The notes under the pieces are model-generated. The model saw only the letters and a program-made list of their open reading frames with translations. It made no database searches and had not been told where the DNA came from. The translations under genes were made by a program, and so were the position numbers. Below, in pieces: positions 1 through 8,355 of a stretch of 64,000 nt of DNA; positions within the stretch are counted from its first letter, which is position 1, and each line of letters starts with the position of its first letter. The stretch is from an uncultured Lentimicrobiaceae bacterium (GTDB lineage Bacteria; Bacteroidota; Bacteroidia; Bacteroidales; 4484-276): NCBI GenBank assembly GCA_964523795.1, contig CAZGAO010000017.1, positions 15 to 64,014 on the forward strand. Reading direction: 5' to 3'.

Positions 1-1484
1 CAGATATTTTTTTGCTTTTTGTATTTGTTAAAATCCATCTGTGCCATGGCTTTCTGGTCGGAAACCAGGGTGAAACTATAAGTGCTTTGTTGTTCGCTAA
101 CTGTGAAGGTGTCTTCCAAATCGTTGTAAGCGGTCTTGCTTAGTCGGATGGAATTTTTGCCAAAATTGGTGGTGATTTTCGTAGTTGTTGTTCCTTCGTT
201 TTTACCATTAACAAAAAGTGTAGCTCCCGGTGGATTGCTCTCTATGGTTATCTCTTTGAAGTTGCTCAGGTCTTTATCTACTTTGGTGCGTTCGTTTTCT
301 ATAACTTCGGTGGTAGTTTTAATGGTGGCGTAGTTTTCCTTTTTCAAAGTGATCTCGTAGCTTCCTATCAAGATTTCCGGGATTATCCTGGGTGTAAAAC
401 CGTAAGATTTACCCTCGATGATGATTTCAGCATCCGGCGGATTTGTCATCACCGAAAGGCTGCCATAGATGGGTTTAAGTTCCACAGCCCAGGTTTCGGT
501 AGCACCGGCCTTCATATCAATTTTCCGGGTCTGGGTATAGTATTTATCTTTTTTCACCTCGATGGTATGCACGCCTTTTCGTAATATGTTATTAAAGAAG
601 CTGCTTGCCAGCAATTCGCCATCAATGTAAATATCAGCTTCGGGTGATGTGGTAATTGCTACATTTCCAAAAACCGGATCCAGTTCGATGGAGAGGCTTG
701 TGTTTTCGTTATCACGGATAGTAAATTCCTGATTAACCGGTTCGTAAAGATCGATGGCAAGTGCAATGGTATGTTTTCCGCTGGAGAGGACATCGAATGT
801 GTGTGGTGTGCGGAAGTTTGTTGGGACACCATCCAGGGTTATTTTCGCGCCATCAACTGATGGCGTTGTTACTGTAAGTGAGCCAAAGTTGGGATCAAGC
901 GGCGCTTCTTCTGTAAGGGTTTCGTTTACTTTTACAGTAAAACCACCTTCCCTGGGATAGTACATTTCTTTTTCCAGCCTGTAATCGTAGTACCCGCTGG
1001 TCATTTCGCGCTGGAAAGGAGTCGTGCCCATGTATTCATCATCAATCCAAACATTGGCTTCTGATGGCTGCGATTTGATCAAAATAAATCCGGTAGCCAT
1101 TCCGCCAAAGTCTGATTCACCTTTGCGGGTGGCCACTACCTGGTACACTTTTCCGCTTTCAGATGATAGCGGCAGGTTTAAATTATACCTGAGCAATTCC
1201 GATCCCCACATACTCAGTCTGCGTTCGCCCGGGGAAACATAGACCCAGTATTCACCGGCTTTTTTTTCCACATTCCCCACAATGCGCATCCCTGCATCAA
1301 AGTTCAGATTGTCGATATCAGAGATCACCTTAATCAATGCACACAGTTTGTCGTTGGCATCGTAGCGGTCAAAACGCTGTGCCGAAATATCGTTTGGAAT
1401 TTGTTTGTAGCCTGCAACATCCAGAGAATCGGCAAATGCCAGGGTCGAAATAAAAAGAAAAATAGCGAGGTAAACGTGTTTCAT
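1..1484 (-). CDS. PEGA domain-containing secreted protein (3' end beyond window start)
   Basis: Absent from the ORF track because it runs off the left edge. Minus-strand ATG at 1484 gives MKHVYLAIFLFISTLAFA (signal peptide), then an open frame to position 1. My translation shows repeated modules with PEGA-type motifs (SNPPGATLFVNG, TNPPDAEIIIEG, TSPEADIYIDG, PSVDGAKITLDG). Confidence 0.75.
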   Translation of the reverse strand, partial: MKHVYLAIFLFISTLAFADSLDVAGYKQIPNDISAQRFDRYDANDKLCALIKVISDIDNLNFDAGMRIVGNVEKKAGEYWVYVSPGERRLSMWGSELLRYNLNLPLSSESGKVYQVVATRKGESDFGGMATGFILIKSQPSEANVWIDDEYMGTTPFQREMTSGYYDYRLEKEMYYPREGGFTVKVNETLTEEAPLDPNFGSLTVTTPSVDGAKITLDGVPTNFRTPHTFDVLSSGKHTIALAIDLYEPVNQEFTIRDNENTSLSIELDPVFGNVAITTSPEADIYIDGELLASSFFNNILRKGVHTIEVKKDKYYTQTRKIDMKAGATETWAVELKPIYGSLSVMTNPPDAEIIIEGKSYGFTPRIIPEILIGSYEITLKKENYATIKTTTEVIENERTKVDKDLSNFKEITIESNPPGATLFVNGKNEGTTTTKITTNFGKNSIRLSKTAYNDLEDTFTVSEQQSTYSFTLVSDQKAMAQMDFNKYKKQKNI

Positions 1485-1510
1485 ACTCAATATTTGATTT
1501 TGGGTTAATA

Positions 1511-3346
1511 TTAGTTCACAAAAAAATCATTCAAGCCATAAATGCCGCCATCCGGGCTGCGTTCGGGCTGCCAGGTGCGGACATATATCTTGGGCTTGAG
1601 CGAATCGTTCAGGTCGATCATCAAAAATAAATAGCCTTGGTCGGCATAGGTGGTCGAATAATAGTCCTGCTTAATCTGAATGCCGTAAAGCTTGGATTCT
1701 CCATTAACCTTGTTGATAATATTTTCTTCAAAATGAATATTTACAAACTCATTGGAATTAAAAACGCTCCGCAGCCGCTCGATGTATTCAGTTTTGCTGA
1801 GTTCGATGTATTTAACCTGATCTTTCCCTGCGAGCTGATACATGCCGTCGATGGGTTCTTCGCGTTTCACCATATTCCCGACAATGATCAGGGCATTTTC
1901 GGCAAAGATGGATTCGATATAATCCAGCCGTTTCAGGCAATAGGCAGTTTTGTAGTGTTCCATAAAATTTATCAAATGGTATTTGTCCTCCACCGTTCCG
2001 AAGCGATGACTTCGGGAAACTATATCAGCGATGGCCTTGTCGCTGATAGCAAAAGAAACGGCATCGATTTTATGTTCATAGTTAAAGGTAAAAACCACCT
2101 GTTCGATAAAATCCCGTGTGTTATTCTCGAACGAAAAACGCATGGGCACCGAACGAACGATAAAAGAGCTATCCATTTGGATCACACGCAAAGTATCCAC
2201 AAATGGAAGCACTTTCACATTTCCGTTAGTAATGAGTTGCTGAAAAGCCACCCACCCATCAAAAGTAAAATCTGATTGTACTGTTTCATAATTATGCACA
2301 CTGATGGCATCCACGATCTTCAGTATTTGTTTTCGCAACTTCCTGGAACGCTCCACCTTATTGATTTCGGCAAAATCAACTTTTTTAGTTTCGAAAGCGA
2401 TTAGCTCCGGCTCGGTTTCATAAATTTGTTTTTTCAGCGGAATAATAAATTCGCACCTTTCCAGATAAGGCAGTTGCATGTTTGAAAATACTGCATCTAC
2501 TTCCAGGTCGTAATTGGCCTTGTGCTTATAATCGTATTCCACCATCAATTTAATATCGCCAGGCTGATCGGCAGCTATATCGTAAAATTCCACCAGCCCA
2601 ATGCCACTTCTTACGTTTACCGGATTTGAATAGTTACGGCCAGTCCAGTAAATAAAGTCGAGATTATCGACAGGCTGATCGTTGTAGCTTACCTTTAAAT
2701 AGAAGGCCTTGTATTTTTCATCAGGCAGCCACTCCGTATTTTGAACGCTGAAAGATAAGTCCGTAAAAACATTGTTGATTATTTCGGGGAGTGCAGTCAT
2801 CAACATGCTTTCGCCAGACTCATCAAAATCATAAGTGATTTTATCACGATCCTGGTGACTCTGCAAAAGGGCAAGTGCCCAGTAATAGTTTTTTAAGGCA
2901 TCACCAAGCCTCATGTCCCGTTCGGCGTTTTGCCCGGCTTTTACATATTCCCAAATCTTTATTTTACGATTCTCAAACACCTGTTTCAGATCAGCTATCG
3001 AGATATAGCGCATCACCTGGTAATTTCCTTTTTTTTCGGATATTAATACACTCCGTGCCGAAACAAGGGAAACGTTGGAATAGGTCTTTACAATCGATTG
3101 TGCAAACTCCGTTACGTCACCTTCCTTCTCGGTAGTTGTTCCAACAAATTCGCTTTCAACCTGCACCGTAATTTGAGTAATCAGGTTATCGAGCGCGTTA
3201 TGATCCGCTATTTGGTAGCTTTCCCCGAATCCTGTGCCGCTAAGGTAATTCCCGGAATTTTTAATTTCCTGAATTTCAGCATCATTTTGCGATAGAAGCA
3301 ATAGCGGAGCACAGCAGAAGAACAGGATGATAAAGATTTTTTTCAT
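1511..3346 (-). CDS. hypothetical secreted protein, 611 aa (possible LPP20-like N-terminal region)
   Basis: Long ORF with signal peptide MKKIFIILFFCCAPLLLLSQ. It lies 27 nt upstream of the PEGA gene on the same strand. The N-terminal segment GTGFGESYQIADHNALDNLITQITVQVESEF resembles LPP20-type lipoprotein motifs (weak). Confidence 0.6.
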   Translation of the reverse strand: MKKIFIILFFCCAPLLLLSQNDAEIQEIKNSGNYLSGTGFGESYQIADHNALDNLITQITVQVESEFVGTTTEKEGDVTEFAQSIVKTYSNVSLVSARSVLISEKKGNYQVMRYISIADLKQVFENRKIKIWEYVKAGQNAERDMRLGDALKNYYWALALLQSHQDRDKITYDFDESGESMLMTALPEIINNVFTDLSFSVQNTEWLPDEKYKAFYLKVSYNDQPVDNLDFIYWTGRNYSNPVNVRSGIGLVEFYDIAADQPGDIKLMVEYDYKHKANYDLEVDAVFSNMQLPYLERCEFIIPLKKQIYETEPELIAFETKKVDFAEINKVERSRKLRKQILKIVDAISVHNYETVQSDFTFDGWVAFQQLITNGNVKVLPFVDTLRVIQMDSSFIVRSVPMRFSFENNTRDFIEQVVFTFNYEHKIDAVSFAISDKAIADIVSRSHRFGTVEDKYHLINFMEHYKTAYCLKRLDYIESIFAENALIIVGNMVKREEPIDGMYQLAGKDQVKYIELSKTEYIERLRSVFNSNEFVNIHFEENIINKVNGESKLYGIQIKQDYYSTTYADQGYLFLMIDLNDSLKPKIYVRTWQPERSPDGGIYGLNDFFVN

Positions 3347-3562
3347 TGCATTTAATTTTTGGGGCTCAAAAGTACAAAATCAATCGTATTCACCAAACAA
3401 AGCTCAATAGATAATTTTGGGGTGTCGATATGCTAAAGCTGTGTTTAATGATGGAAAATAAAAATGATTAAGTCGGGGAATGAAATTTAAAATATCACAA
3501 TTAATATTGGCAAAATTACAAATTGACTTAATGATTTTGTATTTTTGAAAAAACTTTTGATT

Positions 3563-3790
3563 ATGAGAATGATTCAATTAAAGATTCCAGATTGTGTCGA
3601 TTTGAAAGACTATGATTTTTCGATGATAATTGCAGCAAAGTTATATGAGGATGCTAAGCTATCAGCAGGCCAGGCAGCGGAGATTGCAGGTCTTTCAAAA
3701 AGGGCATTCATTGAGATATTAGGAAAATATGGTGTATCCGTTTTTAGTACATCAATTGATGATTTACATTCAGATATAGCCAATGCCTAA
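3563..3790 (+). CDS. UPF0175-family antitoxin-like protein
   Basis: Small ORF; the ATG at 3563 is preferred over the TTG at 3545. The sequence AKLYEDAKLSAGQAAEIAGLSKRAFIEILGKYGVSVF is typical of UPF0175. It overlaps the downstream gene by 8 nt. Confidence 0.7.
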   Translation: MRMIQLKIPDCVDLKDYDFSMIIAAKLYEDAKLSAGQAAEIAGLSKRAFIEILGKYGVSVFSTSIDDLHSDIANA

Positions 3791-4238
3791 AATTGTAATT
3801 TCCGATACCAGCACCTTGATAGTATTTCATAAGATTGATGAGTTTAATCTTTTGGAAAAAGTCTATGGCAATTTGATAACTACGCCTGAAATCGCAGAAG
3901 AATTTGGAGAGACTTTGCCCGACTGGATTCAAGTTCAATCCGTTTCGGATAAAAAATATCAATACTTTTTAGAAACACAAATTGATATTGGGGAAGCAAG
4001 TGCAATTGCTTTGGCTACAGAGTATAATGATGCACTGCTATTACTTGATGATTTAAAAGCCCGAAAATTGGCAATTCGATTAGGATTTAAAATTTCCGGA
4101 ACTTTGGGTGTGATTCATAAGGCTAAACAACTATCAATTATTGATAAAGTTAAGCCTCTAATTGACAAAATTATGCTTACAGATTTTCGAATAGCTGACA
4201 AGATTATCGAAGATATATTAAAATTGAACAATGAATAA
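3783..4238 (+). CDS. DUF3368 (PIN-like) domain protein, putative toxin
   Basis: The N-terminus MPKIVISDTSTLIVFHKIDEFNLLEKVYGNLITTPEIAEEF is typical of DUF3368 PIN-like proteins paired with UPF0175. The overlap with the upstream gene suggests coupling. Confidence 0.7.
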   Translation: MPKIVISDTSTLIVFHKIDEFNLLEKVYGNLITTPEIAEEFGETLPDWIQVQSVSDKKYQYFLETQIDIGEASAIALATEYNDALLLLDDLKARKLAIRLGFKISGTLGVIHKAKQLSIIDKVKPLIDKIMLTDFRIADKIIEDILKLNNE

Positions 4239-4286
4239 ATTGCCTATCATTAAAAGCTGATGTTGAAATAAAAAAACCACCATCCC

Positions 4287-5006
4287 CTACCCCCGCTTGC
4301 TGATTTTTTCGAGGGCTTCGGTTTTGAGAATGCTCACCTGCGAGCCTTGAACCTGGATATAGCCCTCGTGCTGAAAGTGAGTGAGAGCGCGGGTAGCACT
4401 TTCGCGGGTAATGCCAATAAGGCTGCCCAGCTCATCGCGCGTTAAGGGCAATACGAAAGTGGGATTATCAAAAATCACATTGGCAAAGTAAAGCAGCGCA
4501 TCGGCCACCTTGCCGTAGGTTTGTTTGGAATAGGTATTCAAAAACCGATGGTGGCTGTTCAGGCTTTCCTTGCAAACAGAAACCAGGATTTCGTAGCCAA
4601 AATCCCCGTTCTCACGCACCAGTTTTTTAAAGGCATCCACATCGATATAGCAAACTTTAATATCGGTGAGTGCCTTGTAGGAATAATGATTTACGCGGTC
4701 GCCAAACAAGGAATGTAGCCCAAGGTAAGAAAGACTCTTCACAATTTGTAATATCTGGTCGCGACCGCCCTCGCCTTTTTTGTACTCCATCACCAGGCCC
4801 TGGCGTAGATAAACAATGTGGGAAGTAAGCGAGCCTTGATGATAAATATGCTCGCCCTTGCGAAGCGGCACCTCGCGACAGTTGTACTCAAGGCTGGAAA
4901 GCTGCACATCGCTTAACGATGAAACGGCACAAAACCTTTCCTGGCAGGTGCTACATGTCCCTGAGCTATGTTTTATGTCCGGAATATTATCCGCCATCAT
5001 TGTCAA
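4287..5006 (-). CDS. Crp/Fnr family transcriptional regulator, FNR-like Cys cluster
   Basis: cNMP-binding-like core plus a C-terminal HTH (RDELGSLIGITRESATRALTHF). N-terminal C18-x2-C21-x4-C26 plus central C119 resemble the E. coli FNR [4Fe-4S] ligands. Confidence 0.85.
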   Translation of the reverse strand: MTMMADNIPDIKHSSGTCSTCQERFCAVSSLSDVQLSSLEYNCREVPLRKGEHIYHQGSLTSHIVYLRQGLVMEYKKGEGGRDQILQIVKSLSYLGLHSLFGDRVNHYSYKALTDIKVCYIDVDAFKKLVRENGDFGYEILVSVCKESLNSHHRFLNTYSKQTYGKVADALLYFANVIFDNPTFVLPLTRDELGSLIGITRESATRALTHFQHEGYIQVQGSQVSILKTEALEKISKRG

Positions 5007-5166
5007 AATTTTTATTTGCGCAAAGATAGCAAATACAGGGTAATGTGATAAATATCACAGGCGATTAAAAAAACAATCACGGTTTTTATTTTGAAACGAA
5101 GGCCAGTAGGCTTATCTTTGTAAACAATATTTAAATTTAGATATTTATATACTAATACATAAAGCT

Positions 5167-5406
5167 ATGAAACCATTTGCCTGTAAATGCCTATTTCTGC
5201 TTCCCGTAATTTTATTCGTGGATTATTTAATTTTGGTTGCCTTTGGTGTGAGTTCGTGTTTTTTTGGCGCGGGCGAAGCCATGTACTGCAAGGCTTACCT
5301 GCCGATAGCCCTGATGCTGGTCGGCGCATCGCTGGTATTTTTTATGGGCATTATCGCACGCAAGAATAAAAAGGAGATGTGCGAAACCGAGGATAATGCC
5401 GGCTAA
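5167..5406 (+). CDS. small hydrophobic membrane protein (79 aa), hypothetical
   Basis: Two predicted TM helices; divergent from the FNR-like gene; followed by a strong terminator. No homology recognised. Confidence 0.4.
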   Translation: MKPFACKCLFLLPVILFVDYLILVAFGVSSCFFGAGEAMYCKAYLPIALMLVGASLVFFMGIIARKNKKEMCETEDNAG

Positions 5407-5441
5407 TATTTTTTATCGAGCATTTTTACCTCAAATAGTAA

Positions 5442-5480
5442 AACCCGGATAAGAGTAACTCTTATTCCGGGTTTTTTTTA
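5442..5480 (+). terminator. rho-independent terminator
   Basis: Hairpin aacccggataagag / ctcttattccgggtt followed by a T8 run. Confidence 0.65.
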
Positions 5481-5485
5481 TTTTT

Positions 5486-5672
5486 CAAAAACATCAAACA
5501 TCGGACATCAAAAAACACCAGGGTTGCTATCCCCTTTGTTAGTGAGCCTGCCGAACTGCGGGGCTGCAATCCCTTGCCATTCAATCTAACATCTAAAATC
5601 TAACATCAACATCTGAAATCGGACCCCGATGGTCGGGGCAGGCTATCGGACATCTGAAATCGGACATCAAAC
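5486..5672. repeat. short-period degenerate tandem block (acatc / ggacatc words) with 16-nt direct repeat
   Basis: acatctgaaatcggac occurs at 5609-5624 and 5650-5665, flanking the hairpin ccccga-tgg-tcgggg (5624-5638). The same catcggacatcggacatc word recurs at 26187-26208. Confidence 0.7.
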
Positions 5673-5710
5673 CGGTTTCACCGATTTCGATAATAATATT
5701 GCACAACACG

Positions 5711-5834
5711 AGAAACTTATCATCAACAAAAAACCTTAGTAGAAAATCCAAGCCAGATAAACACCAACCTTATTTCTATCATGATGAAAAAATAAGGTTG
5801 ATTTTTTCCGTGGAATCATTTTTCTACTAAGTTT
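5711..5834 (-). repeat. nested double-hairpin element, copy 1 (ncRNA, MITE or IS-end candidate)
   Basis: Outer stem cttagtagaaaa (5735-5746) / ttttctactaag (5820-5831). Inner stem aaccttattt / aaataaggtt. Conserved tail agaaacttatcatcaacaaaaaacc. A second copy lies in inverted orientation at 29127-29265. Confidence 0.7.
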
Positions 5835-5857
5835 CTGTTCAATAATTAACGATACAT

Positions 5858-6013
5858 TTAAGTTTGAATGCTATAGTTCCAATCCCCTCTAAATATATCT
5901 GGTTTTAATTTTATACTATTTATTTCTTCGTCACTGATTTTTAATCCTTTTTCATATTGCCTTTTATCAGCAATAGCATTCACTTTTAACCGCCATTGGA
6001 ACGGTATCATAAA
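5858..6013 (-). pseudogene. ISAzo13-like transposase, C-terminal fragment only (~51 codons)
   Basis: Minus-strand translation MIPFQWRLKVNAIADKRQYEKGLKISDEEINSIKLKPDIFRGDWNYSIQT* matches the conserved C-terminus of ISAzo13-family transposases (G.K.SD.E...L....FHG.WNY.I). An upstream in-frame stop lies at 6014-6016. Confidence 0.6.
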
Positions 6014-6017
6014 TTAG

Positions 6018-6188
6018 GTAGACTATAAAATCGGTAACGGAATCCTTGAAGGTTTTAATTCAATCTTCCAGGCAGCTAAAGCAAAAGCCAGGGGCTACAA
6101 AAAAACGCAAACAATCAAAACTATCATTTATATACTTACCGCTAATCTCCAATTTCAAAAACTTAATAAATACTATTTACCCACTTAA
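6018..6188 (+). pseudogene. ISL3-like transposase, C-terminal fragment only (~55 codons)
   Basis: Plus-strand translation IGNGILEGFNSIFQAAKAKARGYKKTQTIKTIIYILTANLQFQKLNKYYLPT* carries the (S/T)N..xEGxNxxxxxxKxxxRGY motif of ISL3-type transposase C-termini. There is no N-terminal part. Confidence 0.5.
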
Positions 6189-6392
6189 TTTTGTAAAGAG
6201 CCTTAGTTTTCTTCTACCAATAAGGCTTTTCGGTATTGCCCCGTTTTTTTAGTGGTTTCTGGACTCCACATTTTATTGAAAGTATCTGCTGGAAGCTTAT
6301 CTATAATAAGTACTTTTTCCGGAGGCTTCACCTTTCCGTATCAAGACAGGTTACCACAAATAGTGTGTGTCAATAAATTTGAAAAAGTTTTT

Positions 6393-6425
6393 AGTCATAG
6401 CATGGCTTTGAGCCATACCATGATT
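6393..6425. repeat. palindromic element agtcatagcatggct-N3-agccataccatgatt
   Basis: Imperfect inverted repeat. A better copy is at 33613-33645. Confidence 0.55.
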
Positions 6426-6524
6426 TTGATGACCTGACAAACGCTAACCATGGCAATGAGTTAAAGAAAAATAATTTTCTTTGCAAGCGATATGCACAAA
6501 AATTCATAACCAAATTTTTAGAAA

Positions 6525-7556
6525 ATGAAAAAAATGTTTCTCCTGTTACTCGCTGCTTCCTTGTTTTCTGTAGGAAGCTTTGCACAAGAAATTGATAATT
6601 CGGATCGCACCAACAATTTTTACGACAACGAAGAATTGCACCCCCTAAAAACCGGGACTATCGAAATTGCCGGCGAAATTACTAATCCCGGTATCATCGA
6701 CCTCGCATCGCTGCCTGTGCGCTCGCTGATTGTGAAAGAAGCCCTGCCCACCGCCGAAGGCAACAGCTTTGTGGGTGCCTACCGCTATGATGGATATTCG
6801 CTTTTCGACATTATTAACCTGCATACTCCTGACAAAAAAAATCAGGATGTCTTCCCGCCTATCATCGACCTGTATGCCGAAATTGAGAATGAGCAAGGTG
6901 AAAAGGTGATTTTTAGCTGGGGCGAAATTTATTATCCAAACCATCTGCACGAGATTATCATCGCCACCAAAGTGATGCGCATCGTGCCCTCGAAAACCAA
7001 AGAACTGTGGCCACTGCCCACCGATTCAAAAATTGTTGCCGGCCACGATTTGCTTACTTCGCGCAATATCTCTAATCCAACAAAAATCACCATCAAGAGT
7101 GCAAGCCGCGAATTTGCTATCGAAAAAGGGATGAACCCGATGCATGCTCCGGCGGTGGATGTTTTTGTAAACGATAGCAAAACGCTGACCCTGACCAAAT
7201 CGGCCAAAAACATTGATGATGCCAGCTACGAGGCCATCTTTTACGGACGTGGCCGCGGCATACACAGCACCACGCCCTTTGAAGGACAAATGCTAAAAGA
7301 GGTACTTGCAGATCAAATTCCGTTTACGGCGCAGAATATCAAGGAGGCCTATCTTATCGTTGTTGCCAGGGATGGCTACCGGGGCGTATTTACTTACTCG
7401 GAGATATTCAACAGAAACGACCAAAGCGAAGTACTGCTCATTTACGATCCCAAAGCTGAAACTGGTGGCGCATTCCGGCTATTCCCGGCCAGTGATTTCT
7501 TTTCTGACCGCGCCATAAAATCTACCAACCGGATTTACTTTGAACAATTAGATTAA
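6525..7556 (+). CDS. hypothetical secreted protein, first gene of the ABC importer operon
   Basis: Signal peptide MKKMFLLLLAASLFSVGSFAQ. Lies 4 nt upstream of the permease gene. Two internally similar halves (YRYDGYSLFDIINL / ARDGYRGVFTYSEIF). It does not look like a classical periplasmic binding protein. Confidence 0.6.
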   Translation: MKKMFLLLLAASLFSVGSFAQEIDNSDRTNNFYDNEELHPLKTGTIEIAGEITNPGIIDLASLPVRSLIVKEALPTAEGNSFVGAYRYDGYSLFDIINLHTPDKKNQDVFPPIIDLYAEIENEQGEKVIFSWGEIYYPNHLHEIIIATKVMRIVPSKTKELWPLPTDSKIVAGHDLLTSRNISNPTKITIKSASREFAIEKGMNPMHAPAVDVFVNDSKTLTLTKSAKNIDDASYEAIFYGRGRGIHSTTPFEGQMLKEVLADQIPFTAQNIKEAYLIVVARDGYRGVFTYSEIFNRNDQSEVLLIYDPKAETGGAFRLFPASDFFSDRAIKSTNRIYFEQLD

Positions 7557-7560
7557 TGCT

Positions 7561-8355
7561 ATGGTAAAGCATAGTCAGTATAGCGCATTTACACTCGCGC
7601 TCCTGTTTTTGGGAGGGCTGGTACTGCTATTTATCCTGGCTCCTTTGCTCAACATCACCTTTAATACTTCCCTAAGCTCAATCACCGAAACGATCGAAGA
7701 CCACGAGGTAGGCCAAAGTATTTGGCTAACCCTGTGGACATCAATGGTGGCTACACTTGTCCTGGGATTGGGTTCGATACCACTGGCCTACGTGCTGGCG
7801 CATCGCAACTTCCGCCTGAAAAGGCTTGTTCAGGGCATTATCGACTTGCCGGTAGTTATTCCGCATTCGGCGGCGGGCATTGCCATTTTGGGTGTGATAT
7901 CCCGCGATAGCTGGCTAGGCCAGGCCGCCGAAAGTGCAGGCCTCGAGTTTGTGGGTCATCCCGCCGGAATAATGGTAGCCATGGCCTTTGTAAGCGTGCC
8001 CTACCTTATCAACGCTGCCCGCGATGGTTTTGCGCAGGTGCCCGACCGAATCGAGAAAGCAGCACTAAATCTGGGGGCATCGCCGGCACGGGTTTTTTTT
8101 AGAATATCGACACCACTGGCCTGGCGCAGCATTGTTTCGGGTTTGATATTGATGTTTGCCCGGGGCATGAGCGAATTTGGCGCGGTGGTCATCATTGCTT
8201 ACCATCCCATGATTACGCCGGTGCTGATCTACGAACGCTTTGGTGCCTTCGGCCTGGAATACGCCCGCCCTGTTTCGGTAATTTTTATCGCCGTCTGCTT
8301 GTCGTTTTTTATTCTTTTGCGCATGTTGGTTAAAGAGCCTAAACGCCATGCTTAA
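7561..8355 (+). CDS. ABC transporter permease, CysTW/ModB/WtpB-type (molybdate/tungstate/sulfate family)
   Basis: Multi-TM protein with EAA loop IEKAALNLGASPARVFFRISTPLAWRS and the WtpB-like tail IIAYHPMITPVLIYERFGAFGL. Overlaps the ATPase gene by 8 nt. Confidence 0.8.
   Translation: MVKHSQYSAFTLALLFLGGLVLLFILAPLLNITFNTSLSSITETIEDHEVGQSIWLTLWTSMVATLVLGLGSIPLAYVLAHRNFRLKRLVQGIIDLPVVIPHSAAGIAILGVISRDSWLGQAAESAGLEFVGHPAGIMVAMAFVSVPYLINAARDGFAQVPDRIEKAALNLGASPARVFFRISTPLAWRSIVSGLILMFARGMSEFGAVVIIAYHPMITPVLIYERFGAFGLEYARPVSVIFIAVCLSFFILLRMLVKEPKRHA

Noticed and set aside
1637-2275. 212-aa plus-strand ORF
   Set aside because: Antisense to the 611-aa secreted-protein gene. No motifs; shadow ORF.
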